From Paramecium tetraurelia (Eukaryota), in assembly GCA_000165425.1 (NCBI GenBank), contig CT868429.1, forward strand, positions 1 to 64,000: a stretch of DNA of 64,000 nt, given 5' to 3'. Positions 1-13,062 of this stretch are shown piece by piece. The notes below the pieces were generated by a model. That model made no database searches. It had not been told where the DNA came from and saw nothing but the letters and a program-made list of their open reading frames with translations. A program made the position numbers and the translations under genes. Every line of letters starts with the position of its first letter. Position 1 is the first letter of the stretch.

Positions 1-84
1 CCCCCCAAACCCAAACCCAACCCCAAACCCAAACCCAAACCCAAACCCAAACCCAAACCCAAACCCAAACCCAAACCCAAACCC
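1..84. repeat. Telomeric repeat tract, C-rich strand, (CCCAAA)n with one C4A2-type variant
   Basis: Tandem CCCAAA hexamers at the start of the window with one AACCCC unit near 19-24. A G3T3/G4T2 mix is the established Paramecium telomere. Confidence 0.97.
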
Positions 85-1048
85 TTTAGAGGGCTTATTA
101 TCTAGATTAAATGAGGTCTAGCATAGGTTTGAGTTATCTTAAACAAGTTAGAGCACAGATATACACATCTTCTCAAATTTTACTCACAATTTATCTTAAT
201 AAGAATTTAATCTGAAATAAAAAGTCTATTAGGTGCCCATCCATCAAGCTCTAGGAATATCTTAAACAGTGTAGTAATAAGTTGAATTATCAAAAGTTCA
301 TGAAGCCAAACAACTTAAAATTTTACCCATAGCTGTAGTTGTAGTGTGGGATGTATAATAATCTTAAGCAAGAAACTTGGTAAACTCTTTTCTGATATTA
401 GATATTGTCCCTATCAACATTATCCTTTTAGCTCCTATAATTCTCAGATACTCAACATCAAGGTTTACAAATTAACTTGTGTTATATTTATCTCTCGGAG
501 GTAAGTTAATTTTTTTCAACTTCTAAACACCTACCCGAGTATATATTATTCATTTTTTTATCAAATAAAATGTATTAACTAACATAACAAATCTAAAGAA
601 ATATCTGAAAAATTTCTAAAGTATGGGTTTGTGTTTAAATTCTCAATTGTCGTATCTTCTCAATTCCTGGTTGTTTTAATTTTTCTTGAGTTAAGATAAT
701 TGATGAATGAGATAATTCCAGCTCAAGAAAATAAAGTAATAATATAAGAGGATTCATTTATGAAAGTAATAACAAGAAGAGAAGATTCAATAAACGATAA
801 GTCAAAAAATGAATAAATAGAATCAAAAATTTTTCATCATTTAAAACAGATAAAACAACAGCAGCTAAATGCATCTCCTGCGATTGCACAAGCAACATAG
901 GAATTCTAAATTAATAATAAGAATTAATATTAAAGAAAAATGAAATATCCTTTTAGTAAACAGTATGTCAAAATATTAATTGAGCAAGTTGTGCAAATCT
1001 TATCACATTATCAACATGCATTTATTCTAGATGTTTAATTATAGAGAT

Positions 1049-1105
1049 ATGAATGAATGAATGAATGAATGAATGAATGAATGAATGAATGAATGAATGA
1101 ATGAA
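1049..1105. repeat. (ATGA/GAAT)n tetranucleotide microsatellite, about 14 units
   Basis: Perfect tandem GAAT run read directly from the sequence. Confidence 0.97.
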
Positions 1106-3158
1106 GGCATTAAGTTGAAAGCAATCTTTACAAGAAATTGCTTGATTCCTAATATTAACTACTTTAGAAGTAGATCCATCCCTGCCTTAAGTGAAAATTT
1201 AAAGACATACAAGAATCAATTATCATTTTTTTATTATAATATCCTTGAATATCGCATACTGTTATTAATGAAAATTCTGTAACCATCTTATTAGCTTAGC
1301 TATTATAGACTTTTCTTGCCCATATGAAGCAGGATTTATTATAGTTAGTTAGCAATTTTCATTAAAGGTAACAGATAATAAACAAAAATTTAATCTGATC
1401 AATTTAATATGCCAAAACATTTTTGGCTTTTAAGAAATTATTTTTAAGCATCATAGTGCATTAATTCTTAATGAAAAAACTTTCAAGCTTCAAAGGATTG
1501 ATAAACAAGATATTAGAACCCATGATTAAATTCAAAGTATGAATAAAAAGGAATATACTTAAAATAATGTCTAAACCAGTTTTTTAGAATATGCAGTGGA
1601 AGCTGTGCACTAAAGGGGTGCCAATTTACTTTTAGATTATGAAGTAGTCATCACAAAAATTAAAGGTACATTTATCAACCAAAAAAATAAGAATTGCAAG
1701 CATACAACAAATTTTGTAAAACTTGAGATATAAGAGATAGGAACTGTGAAATTCAAGCAGCTATGTAGACGTGATGTGCATGAAGGAGATGCTTGCAATA
1801 ATGATAAATCTGTAGTTCTGTTCGTAAATGTTGAGCAATCTTTGAATCGATAATTCTCAATTCAAAAACTTAAGATCATCTAAAGGATGGATTATAACTT
1901 AATGTGCATTTTTTGATTATAATCAGGAGTAATAATGTAAGCAGAATTTCACTTCATACAGAATTAATTCATTAATCACAATAGCATCTAGTAAAAGAAT
2001 GTAGTTCTTCTATTTGTGCAAGGGTAGGCAGCAGAATCAAAATAATAAAACTATTGGAATATTTAATATAGGTATTCGATAATATTGATGAGGAATGCTA
2101 ATATCGGTCGCCCATTAGTCACCATCATTATTTGGATTAGAAACAAGTTCAACAAGTGTTATTTGAAATTTTAAAATTTATTACATCTTAAAATATAACA
2201 TTTCATTACTATTGTTGATTAAGAACAACATTAAAAAGTAGTAATGCAATCTAGAGAATAATTATTAAATGGCAAAGCTAAATAATTACAACAGCACCTT
2301 ATATAAATAAAACCAGTGACATTTGTTAGTCCAAATTGAGTTGTAGAGCATTTGGTAATTCTGATGGAGGATAAGTTATCATAGTAGAACACGCAATGCG
2401 GCACCTCTAAAATACTATTTAGAAGCTGGAATTGAAAGGTTTGACATTAGTAAAACTATTAGAAATATAGCCATTACCAAATTCAATACAAAGATTTGCT
2501 AACTAAAATACTTGATTTTGCATGCTGTTGAAGAGTAGTTATCACTTATTTTTAATATCCAGATAGGAATATCGTATTAGATTCCTTAGTAAGCTAGCGA
2601 AAGTCCCCACTACGTATTTAGTATGCTACTATTGAAAAGATAGTGCCACTGAGAAATGCTAAATATTTTCAGGAGATAATATACCGAAGCTGAAATTGAA
2701 CCTCTATGCCTCTATGCGTGCAATTTCTAAATCAATTTTGAATAAAGTGACAAAAGACCAACAATTTAATGATAATTTTGAGAATCATATCAGGATATAT
2801 AAAAAGCAATCATAGCAATGTGAGCTGATACGTTTGAACATAAATTTAATGGATGGATTTTTTTATTATATCCATGAATCCCTATCATCTTTATTGCTTA
2901 TAGCATAATATAGATTAATAGGTTAATCAATTTAATTCCAAAACTATTTGAAATCTAGAGACTACGAACTTATGATCAAAATAGTATTGAGAAAAGAAAA
3001 AATATAAATTACACAAAAACACACGAACTATTCTTCAAAATGACCAGTTCTCTAATTTCTATACAAGATTTGCCATCATTATGAGTTCCAATTTGGTATT
3101 ATTCACATGATTCATATTATCATCACATGATCTTAATTATAATTTTTTTAAAAACTTG

Positions 3159-4380
3159 AATGTCAAGAAACAGAATCAATTAAGGATCAAAAGAAGGCAG
3201 TCCCTATTAGGCCAGAAAAACTATGGAGACTCCTTAACAGCTGATTGTCTTATTAAGACTTTCGTGGAAAAGAGGGATATGGAGGACGCCATTATAAAAA
3301 CTCTATTCGTTGGAGGGTCTAGACCCAAATAGGAGGACACTAAATTCGACCTCCTAATTAAGAGGATGATGACATGCTGGATGGAAAAAGAAAGAGAGAT
3401 CGTATGGTCTGAAGGAACTTCTAAAGGTGAAAATGAAAGAATGTGGGATAGCAACAGAAATCAAAGGAAACTGGGCCAAATACTCTTTGATGAGGGTCCC
3501 TTTAAAAATCACACCCAAGATCTGGATCAACAAATAAGGAGAGGAAAAAGTTTTTAAATTTTTTTAATTGGATGCTTTCCGAACAATTAGTTTGTAACAG
3601 AAAGCGCAATCAGAATTCATAAGGAAGGGTACTTGAAAGTATTACCAGAAATTATAGAAGCTGGGTTGATAATACATAGATGGGATTAGTTCCCAGATAA
3701 GAAACCTTAGGTATTAGGTCCAAATGAGGCTAAGAGGAATTATCATCTGATCAAGGATGACATGGATATTTTACATCATGTGTTGCTGCATCGAAGTCAG
3801 ATGGATTACCTTGATGTCTTTTATAAAGACAAGAACTAATACAACATTAATTGATAACATAGGATTGGTCTTAATAAGTTAGCATAGCCAGAGGAAGGAA
3901 GAAGTTATTGAAAAGAGTCGAGATAATCCGGCGGATAGCTCTCAGGTGAGAGGCATGTTCCCGACACTGAAGATAGATAAATAGAGACAAGCGATGGTTT
4001 AACTTATATAGGAGGAGAAAATATCGGACTAAGAATCAGCGAAGTGTCAGGAATCAGTGAGAAGATCCATAACTAACTACTGCCATATGGCGATGCAGAG
4101 CCGACATAGCCCAAGAACTTTAAGAGGTAGGAAAGTTCTGGAAATGACGAATGAATGAAGTGAGATTATTGATGTTCTGTATGATTCATCGGACATGGAA
4201 ATATTTCTAACTCAAAAATACCACAAGGTTAAGATGGTAATTATTAGAACGATATTGATGAGAGTAGTGGAACTAGATTTTATAAAGTACTGACTGATTC
4301 TGATGAACAATTTAAGAAGATTGTGGAATCTTACAACAAGATCATATAACATGTAGGTATGGCAAAATTGTTTTTGATGA
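3159..4380 (+). pseudogene. Decayed purine-rich ORF, possibly an ORF1-like part of a non-LTR retroelement
   Basis: A code-6 frame is open from ~3159 to 3853 and a second frame from ~3841 to 4158. The segment is visibly richer in G than its flanks, shows no typical tiny introns, and lies just upstream of the RT remnant on the same strand. No recognisable domain. Confidence 0.4.
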
Positions 4381-4522
4381 AAGGATGATGTGCCCTTTAT
4401 GTATAAAGCTCTTCAACCGCACCGAAATATTCCAACACTCCTCCCTCATAAGTATGAACCTTATTATTAGAATGGGCCATTCATAATGACACATATTAAA
4501 CATCCATTATTATTATTATATA

Positions 4523-4830
4523 TGGAATGAGCTTACTCAGAAATTTTATAAGACTAGAGAATTTTACATTATCCCCCTTTATAAACGTTACCCAAAATTT
4601 ATAATTATTCTGCGCCCATTATATAAATTGATGGTACGTCGTTTTTTGAAGATCATTTAGTCTTTACAGCAAAAGTCATAATAAGTTGGCTTCAAAACTC
4701 ATATTCAGTTTCTAAAGTTAATTAAAGATATATAGAAATTCAATGCTACATAAAAACGCCAGTACTGTTTATTGATTTCAAATCTGCTTACAAAACCGCA
4801 AATCTAGAGCTCCTTTTTATTTTCTAGAAA
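4523..4830 (+). mobile_element. Degenerate non-LTR (LINE-like) retrotransposon reverse-transcriptase fragment
   Basis: Reads WNELTQKFYKTREFYIIPLYKRYPK-FIIILRPLYKLMVRRF...QQVGFK, then after a frameshift near 4755 PVLFIDFKSAYKTANLELL. These are RT subdomains 1, 2, 2A and 3 (IIPLxK, PLYK, QxGF, LFIDFxxAY) in the correct order. Confidence 0.75.
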
Positions 4831-5942
4831 TACTGTAATTTAATTCATATTTAATAGAGTTTACTATAATAAGGAATATTAAAGGTTAGATTTATTAAGG
4901 ATTAGCATAATCAATTAGCATGAGACATAAGCAAATTATAGGTATTGTAAGAAAGGGATGAATATGTCTATCACTTCAATACTTAGCTAATAAATTAATA
5001 GCATCCAGACCTTTGTTAATCTTGTCTAATTTTTTGTTACAAATATAGCCACTTAAAAAAATCTATTTAATTTAAACCTTACTAAGTCTACTTATTAACT
5101 ATATTTTTCTAAATATTAGCTGTATTTTTATAGACAACTAATGTCAACCGAATGTTAAATCTTATCCTAAATAAGGATATATTTTCCATTAAATTTTGTT
5201 TTTTATTATCAAATTTTGGAAAAATGTTGAATGATTGTTGTTGGATTTACTCTTAATCATTATTTTTGCACCTATTATTTAGTTACGAATTAATTTCAAA
5301 TTATATTTTTCCGGTTTCTTAAAATATTTTGGCCAAGGTTGAAAAAAGGTTGATTTTGATGTTAAACATAGTTCCTTAGTAGCTTTAATTAGAACTTAAG
5401 TTTAGATTGTGGAATTACCAAAACTCCTTTTTTTGTATAACTCTGGCTTTGTTGTATTATTACTTAGAAGATTTTTCATATATTTCTATTTATTTTCAGT
5501 TTTTACCCAATTTCGCCCCTAATACTTTCTTCATTAATTGATTCATCTTCAACACTCTATTCTAAGACCATATTTATTTTTTATTTCATAAATTTCTACA
5601 TAAAAGCTTAAGGGTTAAGCTGAGAAAATATATTGAAATGAATTAGTTATGAAGGTAAATAGGAAGAGGAATTTCTATTTGGAACTTTCATTTAAGAACA
5701 AGATTTGCAGGTATCCAGATAAGGAAACAACGTGGCTAGAATTCTTATATTGAATGAGAATACCACCGAGACATTAAAATTGAATAAGAAATCAATAGTT
5801 AATCGATATCGCTATTGTTAGCCTAATCTGATTTAAGAAATCATTAGAACTAGAAATATTTGAGAAAGAAAAATGTGCTCCAATATATTTATAATAAATC
5901 GTATTGGGAACTTAAATTATAATTTATATATAATAAATAAAA

Positions 5943-8428
5943 ATGTTTGAGTAATGTTGCTACCCAAAGGAGAACGTTTCAATACTTTATTAAATATTCT
6001 AGGATTTGAAATAGTAAGGTTAAATACATGAGAGGGAAGATCAATCACAACAAAAATAAGTTATCTCATCAATAAATAATTTGGTTGTGCAATTCTAATA
6101 AGAAAAAGAATTTAAAGTGGATTAATTTAAAATTGCGCTAGAATTATTGATGGACTTAATCAAAAAAAATGATAAATGCTAGAGGAAGAGCATTTAGATA
6201 AAAGCGTGGAATAATTATGCTAAGTAAAATTTAATATATAAATTAAGAAAATTTATCAAAGAATATGACATAGTTGAACTCTATCTATAATTTTTTTCAA
6301 TTTTTAATCATGATTAGGAGGATATTGAAGATGAAATTAGCATAATAATTGAAATATTTAAATATTATACAAGTGACTAAGAACATTATTTAACGATGAT
6401 AGATTAAATCTCTGATTGGAGCTTCCAAAAGTAAAAAATCAATTCACTAGATTAGTTAATAGGAGTCCACAATGGCTACTCCTTATTGATCATTTATGTT
6501 AATTAATTATTGAAAATAATTAAAACCTAGCAATTAATATAAGAACTCTAAGAACGCTTAATTCACTATTCCTTTAAAATTCAAATTTTAAAGTCATTGA
6601 AAAATATGGAATTATTAGTATTTCTTTTTTTATATTAGATCAACTACAAAACATAGTCTATCTTCATATAGATAATTCGAGTCTATGTGTTGAAGTGTTA
6701 AAGTTGCTGTCGATCCTAGTTTATAAGCATGCTTAAGAATTTCTTCAAATTTTTGTAAAATTTAATTTCATAATTTCAATCTTCATTTAACATTTAGATA
6801 ATGATTAAATATCTTTAAATGCAATCAGAATTTTAGGATGCTTTATAAATACATAGGCTTTTATATAAGGATTTATGAATATGGAAATTTTAAGAATATT
6901 TACTGAATGGAGTTAAAAAATCAATTAAAACTTAAAATTATGCCAACTGAAAAAAACTTCATTTATAATGCTAATAATTATTGAACTTTTAATTGAGGAA
7001 AATAAAATATCGCAATAATCAATAGAAGAATACTTTATAAAATTTTGTTCAAATATAATTGAAAATCTAATAATTGATGAGCAGATTTGCACAAAGGTTT
7101 ATTAAATCATAAGCAAATTGTTAACAAATAAAAAAATCGTAAATTAATTATTTGATTGCAAAACTTTATAATGTATTACGAATTCTATAATTGTGTAAAA
7201 GCACGAAAAATCATTTTAGTTAATTATTGTTTAATTTCTCAATTCATTAATTTTAAGTGATATAGAAAAGATTGATATAATAGTTTCATCAACTATTTCA
7301 CAATAGTTGCTTATGTTCATTTAAAACACATATGATTATGATACATATTCTGATCTAGATATCAAAATAACTATAGAGATACTTTATTATATATAGTTAG
7401 TGAGTTAAGATAGTATTAAATGCTCAGTAATTTGGAGTACAGATTGTATTTAGAAGTTGTTTTACTAAATTTAGAAGAGTTCAAAGAAAATGGAGGGAAA
7501 ACTGATCGAATTATTTTTCAATATATTATCCATTTATAGTTAGCTTGAAATGACTTAAGACTTCTTAATAAAAAATACAACTGCACTGTTAGAAATCATA
7601 GAAAAAAACATTTTAATTTTTGAAATATGTGATGATTTTGCTGTAAAATTTGTTTATTTATACTAGAATGTTCTATAAAACCTCATTAATAGCCCTCATA
7701 ATAATGTTCATCTGCTTATTGATTAATATATTCCATTGAGTCTAGTAATAATAAAAAACCAACCAGAATAATAATCATTGGTTCTTCGATTTTTTGATAT
7801 TTACGAATAAATCTCAAAAATTGATTTGTAAACTAGATTAAGAATCCAAGATTTATGCTAAACGGTCATGTAAGAGTTCGAGCAAGAAAAATTTATTCAG
7901 TAAGGAATTAGTAACTAAATAGTCCTTATCTCAATACTTTGAATGAATATATAGGCCGTTGTTCATTTTCTTATCAAAATTTGCTAACCAAAGAAGCAAG
8001 AGATTATTTGGTAAACGGTATTCATTGTAAATTGTAATTATCACATTCATGTTAGATATAAAGATGATGGATCTGTTTCAAGTTTACTTGTATTTATCAC
8101 TCCAGATTTAGCATCTATTTGGTGTAAGCATCATGGTGATTCAAACACAAAATAGAAATGGAGACTAGCAACCAAGCATGTAATTTCAATTAAAGACTAT
8201 TTAAATGATGTAGAAGGATGGAGGTTATCACCTTTTAAGAAATTTGGAAAAAAAAGTAAAAGTGTTTATATTTAATTAGAAATCGATATTAATAACTGTT
8301 TTACAATCACAGGCAACATTATTTTAAACAAGTAAATATAATTGTAGAACTTCCATATTTGTGCTCCAACTGCTTTAGATAAATACAAGATGTTTGAATA
8401 TTTAAGGGCGCTTGTCTAAATCAATTGA
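5943..8428 (+). CDS. Helical ARM/HEAT-like repeat protein with a C-terminal PH-like domain
   Basis: ATG 5943, several tiny GT-AG introns, long Leu/Ile-rich helical region, then YKDDGSVSSLLVFITPDLASIWCK...KWRL...SPFKKF...NNCFTI...FHICAPTALDKYKMFEYLRALV; TGA 8426-8428. Confidence 0.75.
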
Positions 8429-8496
8429 AATATTTGAGACATAATAATTTATGTTTAATAATTATTAAATTGAACATATATTTTTAACAATAATTT

Positions 8497-9492
<996 letters not shown>

Positions 9493-9516
9493 TAATTTTA
9501 TTTATATATTCATTAT

Positions 9517-10487
9517 TCATCTATTTTTTTTTTGATCAGCCTTGGATAAAAATTTTCTTATTAGAAACCCTAGAGTCACTACGCAGCACACTACTCCAAC
9601 ACAAATATAAGCGATTGATAAAAATTCATTTTTCCCCCCAAAAGCATTAGTGGTTGAGAAAACAATATATTTTTTTCCATTAAAGGAAGAAACATTATAA
9701 ACTAGGGTTAAATTATTTCATACTATTATTAATTCGAACTTCGTATATACCAGCTTCTAAATCTTAATCTATTTTCCCCCACAATTTTCTAAATTATGGT
9801 AATGCGGCAGTTCTCATCCAAACCATAAATCTTTCTTAAACGATAATTATTTTGAATACCATCTTCCATATCTATCCACTATCTATTCTTGTCTATGTTT
9901 TTATATCTTCCATCTAAGTCACTTGGCCAAGCAATTCCTGTTCCTGAAATTTAGATTTCCTTTTTAGTGTTGTTGACAACTTAGAATAAAGCAAAAGTGT
10001 CATTAAAATAGCTTTTAGCAATCAATCCGCATGGTATGGCTTTATCATCCCCCTTTAATGGTTCATTTGTAATGCTTAATGATTTTCCCATGTCATCATT
10101 AGTTACAACTGGATCACATTCATCCAATTCACTTTCACTTAAATCTGTTCCTGATAATTGTGAAGGAGATTTAGATTTAACATATCTTCTGTGATTCTAA
10201 TAAAAGTTAGTTAATTAGTAATAAAAGAACACTGGAGACTTGTAATTGCTATCAAGTGCTATTTAAATCACACATTCACTTTTTTAAGCCAAACAATATG
10301 AGTCATATTAAAACTCTTAGGTTGCAATGTCATTTGAATAACTTATTAGAACTATACCCATTATTAGAAAAAATAGACTCATCATGGCAAATAGTATTAT
10401 TGTTGAATTTAAAGTAGGAACTGGTTACCACGCCTTCATGATTTATTGTTTGAAAGCGTATGAAAATCCTTTAGGTTACGCTTGCAT
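9517..10487 (-). CDS. CDC50/LEM3 family P4-ATPase (flippase) beta subunit
   Basis: AFKQQIMKAWQP, FYQNHRRYVKS, PCGLIAKSYFNDTF, GIAWPSD, FMVWMRTAALP, FGGKNEFL; two TM segments; one tiny intron near 9836-9860. Confidence 0.93.
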
Positions 10488-10523
10488 TATTGATAAAGAA
10501 TATATATATATAAAAATAATAAT

Positions 10524-11012
10524 TCATTTAAAACTTTGTTTCATTTTTATTTAATCTTGAAAAAATTCTGAAAATCCATGATAGTATTCTTCTTATTCTT
10601 TCTCTATAGTGATTAAAAATTTATAAATTTATGAATCATTTGACAATGAATTAATCATTTCATTGATTAAGTTCTGAATTTGAGATATTATTTCTTATTT
10701 TATTATACTAATGTCTAAAATTTTAAACTAAATTTTGCAACAAAACATTCCTCCTCTGTTGAATTTTTACTCCCTAAATGTCCACCCTAATACTACAATT
10801 TTATTTTCTTTAAATGCACCTTTTTTGATAGAAAATATATTATACCAAAATAAGAGATTGAATCGTTTGAAAAGCGATCTATATAATCAATATTAATAAT
10901 TACTATTAAATTTAGTACTAGAGAGAGGAATATTTTAAAAAAGTGTCTTTTTAATATATATTTATACATGATCATCAGATGTAAGTTTTCGAACTTTAAA
11001 GCAATTATCCAT
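10524..11012 (-). CDS. Small hypothetical protein (~145 aa), weakly GNAT-fold-like
   Basis: ATG 11012, two canonical ~25-nt introns restore a single frame to TGA 10524. MDNCFKVRKLTSDD...YFGAFKENKIVVLG resembles a GNAT N-terminus (weak). Confidence 0.55.
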
Positions 11013-11056
11013 ATATAACAAAAATTTTAATAAATAATTGAGTTTAACAAAATAAT

Positions 11057-13031
11057 TCAATATTTTAGATTTAACCAATTTCTCACAGTGCTTTTGATTT
11101 TGCTTTTACAATCAGGATTCATCTGTTTCTTATGAAGCTTATTTCGAATATCTAAAATAAAAAATAGTTTTACAATTTTATAGCACCTAAGTTGCGTATT
11201 TAATATCCAAATATTATCTTCTTAATAACCAAGCTTTCACATTTTTCTATATTGTTTAGATATGATTTGCATAGTTATCATATGGCTTTATAAATTAAAA
11301 TAATTACGAAATTAGAATTAAATTCCATTTGCTAAGGTCGAGCCTCATGTTTTGAGTAGTTCCTTAAATATTTGTGCTTAGTGTGTTTCTCTTCGTTTTT
11401 TATCACAGGGCTGTTTTTGTTTTCAAATAAATCATTAACTTCAAAGTATTACAAAGTGTCTTAATCATCTTATCCATTCCAAGATTACTATTCAGTATAA
11501 GAACTAGAATTGTGAATAGAGTCACATAATGTGTAGCCCCTAATTAGAAGATCTAGTATTTTTTTGTTTTAATAGACACTATCTATTGAAAATAGTTAAT
11601 CAATATCAGGCTTTTTCTCAGCACCTTCATTAAATTAATCATCAATTGCTCCCAATTAAATAAGCAAGTTCACTATTTCTTCCTACTATAAAATGATGGC
11701 AATTTATAAAGCTGTCAATCCATCGCATCCAGATTAATTGATATTTGCTCCATTTTTTAAAATCAATTTTATCGCTTAAGAATATCCTAATAATGTTAAA
11801 TAGTGTATTAATGAAAACCCATAAGAGTCTTATTCATCGATAAACTAACTTACTGCTTCTAAATGATTCTATCCTAACACAATAATTTATTAAATTAATT
11901 GTGTGACTTTATAATCATCAATTTATTCTATTGATTCAATCTATTCTTGTTCCATATTTGAAACTTACATATTCATTGTATTATTGAAATATGCCTAAAA
12001 CGATGCAAGTTTTTCTATTACTCGAACTTTAAATTCTGAACTATCAATCTTATCTTATTCAATTAATTTTTCTTTTTATTATTTATCTTTTTTTGTTTTC
12101 CTCTTCTGTTTATATGTGAAATAATTGGTATCATTTTATTCATCTATAAATATCCCATTACTGATTATTTTTAACTCCATCTTCCCTTAAACATTTGGAG
12201 GCACTATGCATTTCAATACTCCAGGTTAAACACAATTAGCTACAACAGGAACATTTCCAAACAAAATTTGACACTAATAGATTTCTTTTAATGGTTAGAA
12301 ACATAACATCATTTTCATGCCGCCCTCTGTATAATCCCACTCAGGTGAAAAATCTACTATTTTCACAGATAATGCTTCTTTAAAACTAGAATTAAATTCA
12401 TCTGAACTTTCTCTATGGGTTGAACTAGAAGCTCCAGTATTTCTTTCTTATTCTAAATATTGTATTCTTTTTTCTAAAATTGATATTTCTAATTAATAAT
12501 GACAAATACTTTATTTCAATTCGAGATCCTATTATTAATCTTGAAAATCACAAAGAAACCAAGAATCACATTAAAATTCATTATTAATTTGAAGATTAAT
12601 TAGAGGTTCACTCTATTTAAAAACTTCGTTTTGCTCTCCAACTTCAGAAAATTAGGAATTTAAATAGTGTACTAAATAAATATTTTGTGATTATTCTAAT
12701 AGCTTATATATTCTTCTATTTAATTATTGCCCATCCTTCTTTACGGTTTAGGAATATAAACAGATAATCATCTAAATCTTTTGTTTAAATATCATACCGG
12801 AATTCCATTTATTTTTAGTTTCTCTACATCCTCTCTAGTTCCAACTCCATTATGACGAGGTATATATTAATATCCATCTTTCTTCCAACCTCTCTCTTTT
12901 TCAGGCCTTATTAGAAAATATTAACCTGATGGAGGCTAATTGGGCAGGGCGAAATGAATTTCTAACTTCAATTCGGTTAGAATTTAATAAACTTCTTGGG
13001 TTTTCAACCACCTTTAAGAAATATTGAGCAT
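11057..13031 (-). CDS. CAMTA: Calmodulin-binding transcription activator (CG-1, TIG, ankyrin, IQ)
   Basis: RWLKTQEV...PPSG...WKKDGY...EKLKING...IYLVHYL (CG-1); DFSPEWDYTEGGMK...QPGVLKCIVPP (TIG); ankyrin repeats; IQKNVKAWLLRRQY (IQ). Confidence 0.9.
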
Positions 13032-13062
13032 TAAATTATAAAATGTAAAAAGATTACTAATT

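Noticed and set aside
304..1056. About 250-codon TGA-free frame on the + strand ending in the microsatellite
   Set aside because: First in-frame ATG is only at 703 and there is no recognisable domain. With a single stop codon, frames this long can arise by chance.
1..1105. Telomere and GAAT repeats as a CRISPR array
   Set aside because: Simple tandem repeats with no spacers and no cas genes; the sequence is eukaryotic.
2100..2140. GRPL-SPSLF resembling the RT QGxPLSPxLF motif
   Set aside because: It needs a frameshift, lacks QG, has no downstream YADD, and lies upstream of the real RT fragment, so it is out of order.
1500..2700. Scattered Cys-containing fragments suggesting a surface-protein pseudogene
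   Set aside because: I could not assemble a consistent frame or repeat periodicity.
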